Origin: Nanobdellota archaeon | GTDB lineage: Archaea; Nanobdellota; Nanobdellia; Woesearchaeales; GW2011-AR9 | Assembly (NCBI GenBank): GCA_030647325.1 | Contig: JAUSJN010000070.1 | Span: 1-56,720, forward strand | Direction of reading: 5' to 3' | Length of the DNA: 56,720 nucleotides | Part shown: in pieces, positions 40,272 through 48,375 of the stretch | How positions within the stretch are numbered: position 1 is the first letter of the stretch | How the letters are laid out: each line of letters opens with the position of its first letter | Made by a program: the position numbers and the translations under genes | Notes under the pieces: model-generated | Databases searched by the model: none | What the model was told of the DNA's origin: nothing | The model's input: only the letters and a program-made list of their open reading frames with translations

Positions 40272-41699
40272 TTATTCGCCTATTCTGAATATATTAGAGT
40301 ATGCTTTCCGGCGTTGTCCCTTCTTGCGTTCAAACTCAGTCTCTGCACGAGGAAGGCTGAAGGTGCCGAGGATGTTCAGCTTTGCTTTGATCTTATAGGT
40401 GATCAATCGGTGTTCGTGAGCATCTAATTCCGCTAATGACCATATCACTTTGGTCCCATTCTTGGCCTGCTTGGTCTCTTGCGGCTTAAGCGTTCCCAGT
40501 TCTAGGCTTTTATCAACATTGGCGATGCTCGGTACGATATCGGTGACGGTGACATTCCTGATCGGCTTGCTGGAATGGTTCCTGAGTTCGAGAGTTATTT
40601 TTATCTCTGATAATGTCCCTTCATCTCCTCTGGCGGTTACTGCGGTTTTTTGTAAGCTGAGGGGTGATTGTATGTACCAGTAGAATACTCCGAACAAGAC
40701 TAAAGCAGCCAAGACATAGACCAGGACGCGGTAATTTATCACCACTGGGATCTCTACCGATTCATTAGGGCCTAATTCTGCTTCCCAGGTCAAATATCGC
40801 TCACCGTCGATCACTTCGCTCTGGCCATCGCTCTTTATGATGGGAAGCATCCATAATGAAACAGGATCTTTTACTTGTTGCGTGTTGCGTACGTTTCCCG
40901 TGTTGCGTACGGTCAAGGTTCTAAATTTTTTGAGGTAAGTCATCTCTTCCGTCGGTGTAACTTCAAATGGCGGCAGTAATGATAAGATCTCTATCTTTTG
41001 TTCAATGACCTTAACTGCCTCTCCTTTGCTTTCAAAGACGAAGAAGAGCGTGTATTCCTTAGGCTGCATGTACGGATTAGGCACGATGCTGAACTCTACT
41101 GTTTTCTTGCCCTGCGGGGGAAGTTCGACATCGACTTCTTTTTGAAATTCCGGGATCTCGGTCTCGATCCTGATCTTCAGGTCATTTAGATTCAGCGGAT
41201 TACGGTTTTCTAAAAATAATTTTATTGACAACGGTTCATTAGGATTTATTTTTTCATCCATATCCACATTTACCCGGATAGTAGGAAGGTAGTCTAAGGG
41301 ATCTTTTGCCTTGAGATAGATCTTTAACTCCTCGGTATGAGGATCGCTCTTATCTCCTTGGACAGTTAGATGGACAAAATAAATTCCAGGAGATAGGTCT
41401 TGAAGTGCTTTTGCCCTGATGGTGGTTGTATATGAATGCCCTGGCTCCAATACGATCACTTTGTCTTTTAATGGGAAGGGATCAACATTCCAGGATTGCC
41501 CGGATTGCAAGGAATAAAGGTTATAGGTCTGAGTCTGGCCTTCTTTGTTGGTGATAGTTAAACTGAAGGTGGCGTATTCTGCGGGAGTGATCTCATTCTT
41601 GATCGGTGCGGAAGATACAGTTGTTTCAGCAGCAACGACGACAGAAAATAGGGCTAAAAGTAATATACACAGTAAAATAAAAGACTTTTTCCACCTCAC
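40272..41699 (-). CDS. large surface protein with repeated beta-rich (CARDB/COG1470-like) domains and a TM segment near residue 330
   Basis: Signal peptide. Repeated ...TFSLTITNKEG / ...LTVRNTGN / ...LELRNHS motifs typical of NEW3/CARDB-like domains. TM VLVYVLAALVLFGVFYWYI. Confidence 0.65.
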   Translation of the reverse strand: MRWKKSFILLCILLLALFSVVVAAETTVSSAPIKNEITPAEYATFSLTITNKEGQTQTYNLYSLQSGQSWNVDPFPLKDKVIVLEPGHSYTTTIRAKALQDLSPGIYFVHLTVQGDKSDPHTEELKIYLKAKDPLDYLPTIRVNVDMDEKINPNEPLSIKLFLENRNPLNLNDLKIRIETEIPEFQKEVDVELPPQGKKTVEFSIVPNPYMQPKEYTLFFVFESKGEAVKVIEQKIEILSLLPPFEVTPTEEMTYLKKFRTLTVRNTGNVRNTQQVKDPVSLWMLPIIKSDGQSEVIDGERYLTWEAELGPNESVEIPVVINYRVLVYVLAALVLFGVFYWYIQSPLSLQKTAVTARGDEGTLSEIKITLELRNHSSKPIRNVTVTDIVPSIANVDKSLELGTLKPQETKQAKNGTKVIWSLAELDAHEHRLITYKIKAKLNILGTFSLPRAETEFERKKGQRRKAYSNIFRIGE

Positions 41700-41874
41700 G
41701 TCATCTACACCTCGCTAAATTAAATCAGAACTAGTATTTAAAGAATTCGTTTTTGAGCTTTGGAAACATTTATATATTCTTTTCTTTTAATTTAGGTTAA
41801 AAAGAGATGTAATATAGATGATAAAAAACAAAGATTTTTTAGCATCTTCCAAAAATCAGGAGGATTTTTGTTAG

Positions 41875-42417
41875 ATGGTAGAAGAAAGCGCTTTCCGAGG
41901 CATGATCGGGTTCTTGAATAAGTTAGGGGTATATGATGTTATCCTCCCCTTCTTGCTAGTATTCACCATAATATTCGCTATTCTGGAAAAGACTAAGATA
42001 TTTGGCACTGAAAAAGATGGCATGACTAAAAAGAACATCAACGCCATGGTTGCGTTTGTGATTGGGTTCTTGGTCATCGCTTCTACCAGACTCGTCGCGG
42101 TCATCAACGAAGTAATGGCTAATGTAGTCTTGCTGATCGTCCTAGGGGTATGCTTCTTATTGTTAGTCGGAGTCTTTTTTGCTGGAAAGGATGAATTCTC
42201 TCTGGAGAAATTCCCGGTTTGGCAGCAGTTCTTCATGGTGGTCATGTTAATAGGCATCGTGATCATCTTCCTTAATGCTCTAGGGTGGCTTCAATATCTA
42301 TTTGACTTATTTGAAAACATCAATGCCGACTGGGCCGCATCATTAATATTCATCATCATCATCATTGGGTTTATAGTCTGGATAACCTATACCCCCAAAG
42401 GAGAATCTAAAAAATAA
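41875..42417 (+). CDS. polytopic membrane protein, paralog 1 of 3
   Basis: N-terminal GVYDVILPFLLVFTIIFAILEKTKIFG, shared with the next two ORFs. AGGAGG upstream. Confidence 0.7.
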   Translation: MVEESAFRGMIGFLNKLGVYDVILPFLLVFTIIFAILEKTKIFGTEKDGMTKKNINAMVAFVIGFLVIASTRLVAVINEVMANVVLLIVLGVCFLLLVGVFFAGKDEFSLEKFPVWQQFFMVVMLIGIVIIFLNALGWLQYLFDLFENINADWAASLIFIIIIIGFIVWITYTPKGESKK

Positions 42418-42433
42418 AAGAGGAGGTTAAAAT

Positions 42434-43012
42434 ATGGTCAGCGCAAGTTTCACTAATCTCGCAGGATATTTTCAAGCATACGGAGTGATGGATTTCCTGC
42501 TTCCATTCATCTTGGTATTTACCATCATCTACGCCGTCACGGCAAAGTTAGCTTTATTCAAAGATCACAAGCAATTCCGCGTGGTTATCGCTTTGGTATT
42601 AGCATTATTATTCGTCGTTCCTCACATCACCGGCAATTACCCTCTCGGTTACGATCCGGTACAAGTGATGAATGAATCATTGCCGAGCATCTCTCTCGTA
42701 TCGATCGCGGCTATCATGGTCTTGCTTTTGATGGGCATCTTTGGCGCTGATTTCAGTGCCGCTGCCGCTCCCTTTATAGCTATAGTGTCGTTAGCATTTG
42801 TCGCTTACATCTTCGGCGCTTCTCTTGGTTTGTGGAGGGGCCCCTATGATATCTTTTACTGGTGGTCGTCTGACATAACAGAGCTGATGATCGTCCTTTT
42901 GATCTTCGGATTAGTAGTATGGTTTATCGTGAAAGAACCTAGTAAGCCTGGAGACAGAGGCGTAATTGGCAAGATGTTAGATGAATTTGGCAGATATGTG
43001 GAGAAGAGATAA
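42434..43012 (+). CDS. polytopic membrane protein, paralog 2 of 3
   Basis: GVMDFLLPFILVFTIIYAVTAKLALF motif. GAGGAGG Shine-Dalgarno-like sequence upstream. Confidence 0.7.
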   Translation: MVSASFTNLAGYFQAYGVMDFLLPFILVFTIIYAVTAKLALFKDHKQFRVVIALVLALLFVVPHITGNYPLGYDPVQVMNESLPSISLVSIAAIMVLLLMGIFGADFSAAAAPFIAIVSLAFVAYIFGASLGLWRGPYDIFYWWSSDITELMIVLLIFGLVVWFIVKEPSKPGDRGVIGKMLDEFGRYVEKR

Positions 43013-43018
43013 ACTAAC

Positions 43019-43558
43019 ATGGCTTCACCATTAGACTTAGGGATCCTGAACCTTTTTGATTTCGTCTTTCCAGTCCTGCTGGTCTGGGCTTTTGTCTTTG
43101 CCTTGCTGCAGAAAACTAAAGTGATCGGTGAGTCTATCGGCATCAACGCCATCATCGCCAGCGCAACTGCCCTGACTGTGCTGCTTTCCAGATCGGTCAT
43201 CGACTTGATCAATTTCATCATCCCCTGGTTTGCTATCGCCATTATTTTCTTTGTCTTGATGGTCTTGCTCTTTATGATCATGGGCGCAAAGGACATCACT
43301 GCGTACAAGCAGACTAACGTGCAGTGGGTCATTATCGCGATAGGGATCTTGATCGTGGTCGCTGGCTTTGGAAAAGTCTTAGGACAGACTTTACTTGAAG
43401 AAGGCGCCCAAGCGGGCACGGTCGTGGAAGGGGCAGACGGTGTCGCTACCGGCGGTTTCCAGCAGAATGTGTATGCGACTTTATTCCATCCTAAAGTCCT
43501 GGGATTATTGATAGTCTTTACTATAGTTGTTTTTACAGTGGCCTTGCTGAGCGGATAG
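43019..43558 (+). CDS. polytopic membrane protein, paralog 3 of 3
   Basis: LFDFVFPVLLVWAFVFALLQKTKVIG motif. 6-nt spacer to paralog 2. Confidence 0.7.
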   Translation: MASPLDLGILNLFDFVFPVLLVWAFVFALLQKTKVIGESIGINAIIASATALTVLLSRSVIDLINFIIPWFAIAIIFFVLMVLLFMIMGAKDITAYKQTNVQWVIIAIGILIVVAGFGKVLGQTLLEEGAQAGTVVEGADGVATGGFQQNVYATLFHPKVLGLLIVFTIVVFTVALLSG

Positions 43559-43574
43559 GCTGTTACAAAAAGAG

Positions 43575-43910
43575 GTGTGTGTGTTAATGGTACAAAGAAT
43601 AGTTTTTGTTGGGTTGGGATTGTTAGCAGTCGCTTTGTTGGTAGTTGGTTTAAATGGGAATATTACCGGAAATGCTTTTGCTTATAATCTAAAGCGTAGT
43701 TGCATGGATAGTGATGGGGGTAAAAACCCTGGCGTCGCGGGAGTGGCTGAGGTCAAGAGCTTAGCATCGGTAAAATCGCAAGGATTTGCTGACACCTGTA
43801 AGGGTCAAAGATTTGTTCTTGAGCATTACTGCGATGAGGTCAAACACTTAAGGGAAACCATCAGTTGCCCCAATGGCTGTAAGGATGGAGCTTGTTTGCC
43901 TTCTAAGTAA
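43575..43910 (+). CDS. small secreted Cys-containing protein (about 107 aa from ATG 43587)
   Basis: Signal/TM IVFVGLGLLAVALLVVGL, then a 6-Cys domain. Same operon direction as the three paralogs. Confidence 0.55.
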   Translation: MCVLMVQRIVFVGLGLLAVALLVVGLNGNITGNAFAYNLKRSCMDSDGGKNPGVAGVAEVKSLASVKSQGFADTCKGQRFVLEHYCDEVKHLRETISCPNGCKDGACLPSK

Positions 43911-43928
43911 GTTTTTATTTTTTTAATT

Positions 43929-44169
43929 ATGCAAAAAAATAGCCAGAAAACTATTGACTAAAGTCAATGTCCACAGAAAAACAACGATTTTTCTGGGACG
44001 CCGAAAAAGTCGTTGCTTTTTCGTGCGGATGAATGATGCTATGGCTATTTTTGCATCCTAAAAATGTGTGGTTTAGAAACCGTCTCTTTTTCAAACCTTG
44101 CACTTTAGTGTGTGCTGTAAGCACGACCAAAAAGGTACTAACTTTTTGTGGACATGGTGAGACGGTTTC
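43929..44169 (+). repeat. hairpin-module locus E: stem ATGCAAAAAAATAGCCA/TGGCTATTTTTGCAT enclosing an alpha-beta pair (43971-44027), then a GAAACCGTCTC/GAGACGGTTTC-closed domain
   Basis: CC[A]CAGAAAAA-caacga-TTTTTCTGGG and CGC-CGAAAAAG-tcgttg-CTTTTTCG[T]GCG read directly. Confidence 0.75.
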
Positions 44170-44177
44170 ACGCATTT

Positions 44178-44603
44178 TTATGATTTCAAGAATTTAATGA
44201 TATTTCTATCTTTATCATACACTCTTGCCCTGGTTTCCTCTATAGATAATTTTCTGGCAAAATCCAAGATCATGCTGCTTATTACTCCATCAATAGATAT
44301 CTTATAGATAGGTTTTCCCTGTTGATGCAAGAATTCTGCTTCACCAAAGACTCCCGCACCAAAATTTCCGTCTTCAAAGGCAAGGAAAACTCCTGCACTC
44401 GTGGCAGGGAGTACTTCCTGAAAGAAATAATCCATTCCCTTGCCTTGCTTGGAATGTCGTTGATACCCTTCCTGATGATGAGGCTGATTAGGATTTTCAA
44501 CTTGAAATGTTGGGAGCTCTCGTTCTATAATTTTAACTAGCTCTATTTCTAGAGGTATATCGTAAAAGCTGATGGGGTGCCCAAAATAAATGCTCGGTTT
44601 CAT
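44178..44603 (-). CDS. hypothetical protein, possibly nucleoside 2-deoxyribosyltransferase-like fold
   Basis: MKPSIYFGHPIS... and ...GAGVFGEAEFLHQQGKPIY weakly resemble the DUF4406/NDT-like family. Confidence 0.45.
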   Translation of the reverse strand: MKPSIYFGHPISFYDIPLEIELVKIIERELPTFQVENPNQPHHQEGYQRHSKQGKGMDYFFQEVLPATSAGVFLAFEDGNFGAGVFGEAEFLHQQGKPIYKISIDGVISSMILDFARKLSIEETRARVYDKDRNIIKFLKS

Positions 44604-44651
44604 GCAGGATAAAAAAATAGAAAGCGCTTATAATTATTTTGATATTAGAAC

Positions 44652-45230
44652 TTACTTATGAGAATGCCTTTTCTTCAGGTCATCTTTTACTGAAGACAAT
44701 TCTTTGACATTTTCCACAAACGTAGGTATAACGTCCTTGAATACTTTTCCTACCGCTTTCAATTCCGTGCCTACATCCCGCATCCTGGTATCATAATCTT
44801 CTAATTTGCCTAAGACCGCTTCATGCAGCATCTTGAAATCTTCCTTTAATTTATCGACATCATTCTGCAGCTTGTTCTGCTTCTCTTCATTCTTGTTTTT
44901 CCATTCGATGATTTTTTTTACTTCACCGATCAAGTCATCCCATTTCGCATCGATCATGCTTTCTGCGATTTCCTCCATACGCTCGTAAATATTGCCCATG
45001 TCTTCTTGGTAAGAAGGCTGTGGAGAACGCATCTCTGGCTGCATGGTGGAATAAGATTCAGGAGCGGAAGGCGCGGATTGATCAGCTTGGGCGATAGCGT
45101 CGCTGATCTGCTGTTGATTATATCCTTGCTGCGACAATTCGTCTACGATGATGTCATCAGTAAGTCCTTGCTGACGGAGTTGTAATACTTCAGAAACTGG
45201 GGATGCTTTCTTATCAAGTAACGCCATCAT
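44652..45230 (-). CDS. coiled-coil protein (192 aa) with N-terminal helical domain and Q/P/S-rich linker
   Basis: Heptad-rich C-terminal half (KKIIEWKNKNEEKQNKLQNDVDKLKEDFKMLHEAV...). Confidence 0.6.
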   Translation of the reverse strand: MMALLDKKASPVSEVLQLRQQGLTDDIIVDELSQQGYNQQQISDAIAQADQSAPSAPESYSTMQPEMRSPQPSYQEDMGNIYERMEEIAESMIDAKWDDLIGEVKKIIEWKNKNEEKQNKLQNDVDKLKEDFKMLHEAVLGKLEDYDTRMRDVGTELKAVGKVFKDVIPTFVENVKELSSVKDDLKKRHSHK

Positions 45231-45288
45231 ATGCCTCTTTTACACTTCTTTGTGATGATGATAATCTAACCCTATTTAAATTTATTCT

Positions 45289-45672
45289 CTAGTGCTTCTT
45301 GCTTCTCTCTGCTAATTTAGCTTCTATAGCTTTCTCCAGATCTCTTTGGGTCACAAAATTGAGCGGATTCCAAAACTCTATATATTTCTTTAAGATCGCC
45401 ACTTCTTCCCCGCCAGCGGTCTGCTTCAATTCGTTGATGATGAGAGTCATCTTCTGATTCATCTTTTCCTGCTCATGGCGTATCTCCATCAAGTCGTCAC
45501 TGAGCGTCTTAAAATCCTTGTTGAGTTTATTGGCCCGTTTGATGAAATCATTCTTGAGCACATCCACTTCCCGGAGAAGATTATTTGCTTTACTCTCTAA
45601 TCCTTTGACCCAGACATAGAGTTTTGCCGGATCAAATCCAGAAGCCGGAGGCATTTCCACTGGTTTAGCCAT
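45289..45672 (-). CDS. coiled-coil protein (127 aa)
   Basis: Heptad-rich. Upstream of and co-oriented with 44652-45230. Confidence 0.6.
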   Translation of the reverse strand: MAKPVEMPPASGFDPAKLYVWVKGLESKANNLLREVDVLKNDFIKRANKLNKDFKTLSDDLMEIRHEQEKMNQKMTLIINELKQTAGGEEVAILKKYIEFWNPLNFVTQRDLEKAIEAKLAERSKKH

Positions 45673-45754
45673 ATCTTTCTTTTTAAGGAAGAGAACATAA
45701 TAAAGTTATGTGAGTATTGGAGAGTGGGAAACTTTGTAATTTTAAAATTCTTTT

Positions 45755-45819
45755 TGCGCCGATGCAAGAAAACTATAAGTTTTCTGCACAGAAATATGAT
45801 ATTCTTCATATTTCTTGTG
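45755..45819 (+). repeat. hairpin-module locus F: alpha-beta pair
   Basis: GC[A]AGAAAAC-tataa-GTTTTCTGC and CAC-AGAAATATGA-tattct-TCATATTTCT[T]GTG. Confidence 0.75.
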
Positions 45820-45969
45820 GCGGTGCGACGGTTGCTACGCAACCTACACGACAGCCCGTAGGGCGCATCCCCAGTCGTGCCGCACGCCATGGCGCAAGAC
45901 AAACCGGGGGACGTCCCTTACGGGGTGGTTTGTAGGACGAAGTCCGTCTTGCCGCCATGATGGCGTGCA
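45820..45969 (+). other. 150-nt strongly GC-rich, helix-dense non-coding segment (candidate structured RNA; strand unknown)
   Basis: Hairpins GGTTGC-tac-GCAACC, CACGAC...GTCGTG around GCCC-gta-GGGC, and GGAC-gaa-GTCC. Long-range helix GCACGCCAT-GGCG-CAAGAC (45882-45900) with GTCTTG-CCGCC-atg-ATGGCGTGC (45946-45968). Confidence 0.5.
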
Positions 45970-46035
45970 AGAAGTTACTAGTATCAAATAGTTTAGAAAA
46001 TATAATAAACCCTTCTTCTATATAACATCTAAAAG

Positions 46036-48330
46036 ATGGTGCTGGAAAAATCTAAAGCTTGTTTTGAATATGAGACTTATCACGAAGGAGAGAACAAGAT
46101 CCTGAAGATATCCTGCGAAAACTGCAGTTTCCCTCCTTCTATCGAATACAGCGATATCTGCATGTCAAAAGTGATCGACACCCTCCAAGCAGTTACCGGT
46201 GTTACCACCATCATCCTTTCTCAGCAGCGTGAATATCAATACGACTATGATCAAGTCTCACTCCTCAATGAGCTAGTTTCTGTATACAAGCATCTGACCC
46301 AGGAGGAGCGCTTCAGCTATTCGCATTTAGTGGTAGATCCCCTGCACGAGCGATACATCCGCAGCTCCTACGCGCAATTCCAGCGGCTTATCTCCAAAAG
46401 CCTGAAAGAAGATCCTTTTGCAGCATTTGTCGAACTAAAACGTCTGGAAACGAGAGAAAAAATAAAATTGAATTCTCTCATCGATGCCCGGCATGCTGCC
46501 AGCCAGCGGAAATTCTTAACTGTCCTTGACGCGGTCATCAAGACCATCGAGAATATCAAACTGATCAAACATCTCATGCCCCTCAGCCATGATTATAAAG
46601 TAGGCCAGAGGGAAATCTACGGCAATATCTTCCATCCCACCACCAAACCGGATTTCATGTTCACCAAGCTGCTCACCGAGTTTCCGGAAGGAAATCTGGA
46701 AGACAGCTACAACTTTAAAGTAGGAGAAGATGAGTGCGAAGTGAATGTTTTTTCTTTTGACGACAACGTAAAAGTGCTTTACCATCTGACCCCGCCGGAA
46801 TTTATTTTCACCGAGGAAGAATACGAACTGCTGGATGATGCCAAACGCATCATGTCTGAACACAAGCCGTCAAAAGAAGAATTTGTCGATCCGGCGCGCA
46901 TGCGGGAAGTATTCTTCAACATCGGAAAAGATATGCTCACCGATTTAGCTCAGCATCAGAATCTACGCATCAAAGATGAGAAGATGAGCCAATTGGCCCA
47001 GGCCCTGCTTCGGCATACCGTCGGTTTCGGGTTGATCGAGCTTCTTCTTTCAGATCCTAAAGTGCAGGACGTCAACGTCAACTCGCCTAACGGAGCGCTG
47101 CCGGTATTCATCGTGCATCAGGATTATGGAGATTGCTACACCAACATCTATCCCACTATCCTAGAAGTGGAAAGCTGGGCTACAAAATTGCGTCTTATCT
47201 CTGGACGGCCACTAGACGAAGCTAATCCTATTTTAGATACTGAACTGAAGGTAGAAGGTTTCACTTCCAGGGTTTCTGCCCTTACCGCGCCGTTAAGCCC
47301 GACTGGCTTAGCTTTTTCATTTCGGCGACATAGAGATTTTCCCTGGACTTTTCCGCTTTACATGCAGCCAAAAATTAGATTTGTCGATGCTATCGGCGCA
47401 GGATTGTTAAGTTTCTTGATTGAGAATAATGCCACCATCCTGGTTGCAGGAACCAGAAGTTCTGGAAAAACTTCCCTATTAGGTTCCTTCCTTACTGAGA
47501 TCATGCGGCGTGCCAGGATACTGACTATTGAAGATACCTTTGAACTGCCTTCTGAATCCATCCGTAAGCTAGGCTACAATATTGAATCTCTCAAAGTCGC
47601 ATCTGCCTTATCGGCGCCAGGTTCGGAAGTTGATCCGTCCATAGGGATAAGATCCACGCTTCGTCTAGGTGATTCGGCCATCTTTGTCGGCGAAGTTCGT
47701 TCGAAAGAAGCCATCGCCTTATTTGAAGCCATGCGGGTCGGAGCTGCTGCCAACGTAGTGGCGGGAACTATCCACGCTGACTCTCCGTATGGAGTATTTG
47801 ACCGGGTGGTCAATGATATCGGTGTTCCGAGAACTTCATTCAAGGCCATCGATATCATCGTGATAGCTAATCCGGTCATTTCCGGATTGAAAAAATACAA
47901 ACGCATCTTACGCATCACCGAAGTGCGCAAGGAGTGGGAAGAAGATCCTCTTCGGGAAAATGGCTTTGTCGATCTGATGGTGTACAATCCAGTGACCGAT
48001 AAGCTGGAGATCACTGACGAACTGCGCAATGGAAATTCTGACGTCTTAAAGAGGATGGCCGGCAGGGTGAAAGAATTTGCCGGCGACTGGGATGCGGTAT
48101 GGAATAATATTCTATTACGGGCGAATTGCAAACAGGCCATCGTCGATGCTTTTTCTGAGACCGGCGATGAAAACATCCTGGAAGCAGAATTCGTCGTGAA
48201 AGCGAATGATATATTCAGGCTGATCTCCGAGAAAGTGAAGACCAAAAGCGGCAAGACGGATACCGATAAGATCTTATTTGAATTCAAGGAATGGCTAAGG
48301 AAAGAGTCTAAGAAGAAACAGGAAGAATGA
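46036..48330 (+). CDS. FlaI/VirB11/GspE-superfamily secretion (type IV filament) ATPase with a roughly 330-aa N-terminal extension
   Basis: VGFGLIELLLSDPKVQDVNVNSP, Walker A GTRSSGKTS, Walker B RILTIEDTFEL, His box GTIHADSPYGVFDR. Confidence 0.85.
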   Translation: MVLEKSKACFEYETYHEGENKILKISCENCSFPPSIEYSDICMSKVIDTLQAVTGVTTIILSQQREYQYDYDQVSLLNELVSVYKHLTQEERFSYSHLVVDPLHERYIRSSYAQFQRLISKSLKEDPFAAFVELKRLETREKIKLNSLIDARHAASQRKFLTVLDAVIKTIENIKLIKHLMPLSHDYKVGQREIYGNIFHPTTKPDFMFTKLLTEFPEGNLEDSYNFKVGEDECEVNVFSFDDNVKVLYHLTPPEFIFTEEEYELLDDAKRIMSEHKPSKEEFVDPARMREVFFNIGKDMLTDLAQHQNLRIKDEKMSQLAQALLRHTVGFGLIELLLSDPKVQDVNVNSPNGALPVFIVHQDYGDCYTNIYPTILEVESWATKLRLISGRPLDEANPILDTELKVEGFTSRVSALTAPLSPTGLAFSFRRHRDFPWTFPLYMQPKIRFVDAIGAGLLSFLIENNATILVAGTRSSGKTSLLGSFLTEIMRRARILTIEDTFELPSESIRKLGYNIESLKVASALSAPGSEVDPSIGIRSTLRLGDSAIFVGEVRSKEAIALFEAMRVGAAANVVAGTIHADSPYGVFDRVVNDIGVPRTSFKAIDIIVIANPVISGLKKYKRILRITEVRKEWEEDPLRENGFVDLMVYNPVTDKLEITDELRNGNSDVLKRMAGRVKEFAGDWDAVWNNILLRANCKQAIVDAFSETGDENILEAEFVVKANDIFRLISEKVKTKSGKTDTDKILFEFKEWLRKESKKKQEE

Positions 48331-48375
48331 TTGTTTATCTTTAATTCGGAAATGTTTTTATAATAGGGCGATGTA

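Noticed and set aside
43951-44175. 74-aa minus-strand ORF
   Set aside because: It is fully contained in hairpin locus E.
45597-45935. ORFs 45717-45935 (plus) and 45597-45902 (minus)
   Set aside because: They cross the GC-rich helical domain and give Arg/Gly/Pro/Thr-rich low-complexity products. This is better explained as a non-coding structured segment.
18293-45969. CRISPR array interpretation of the repeated hairpins
   Set aside because: The copies are not identical and not regularly spaced. They are dispersed over seven separate intergenic loci, and no cas genes are present.
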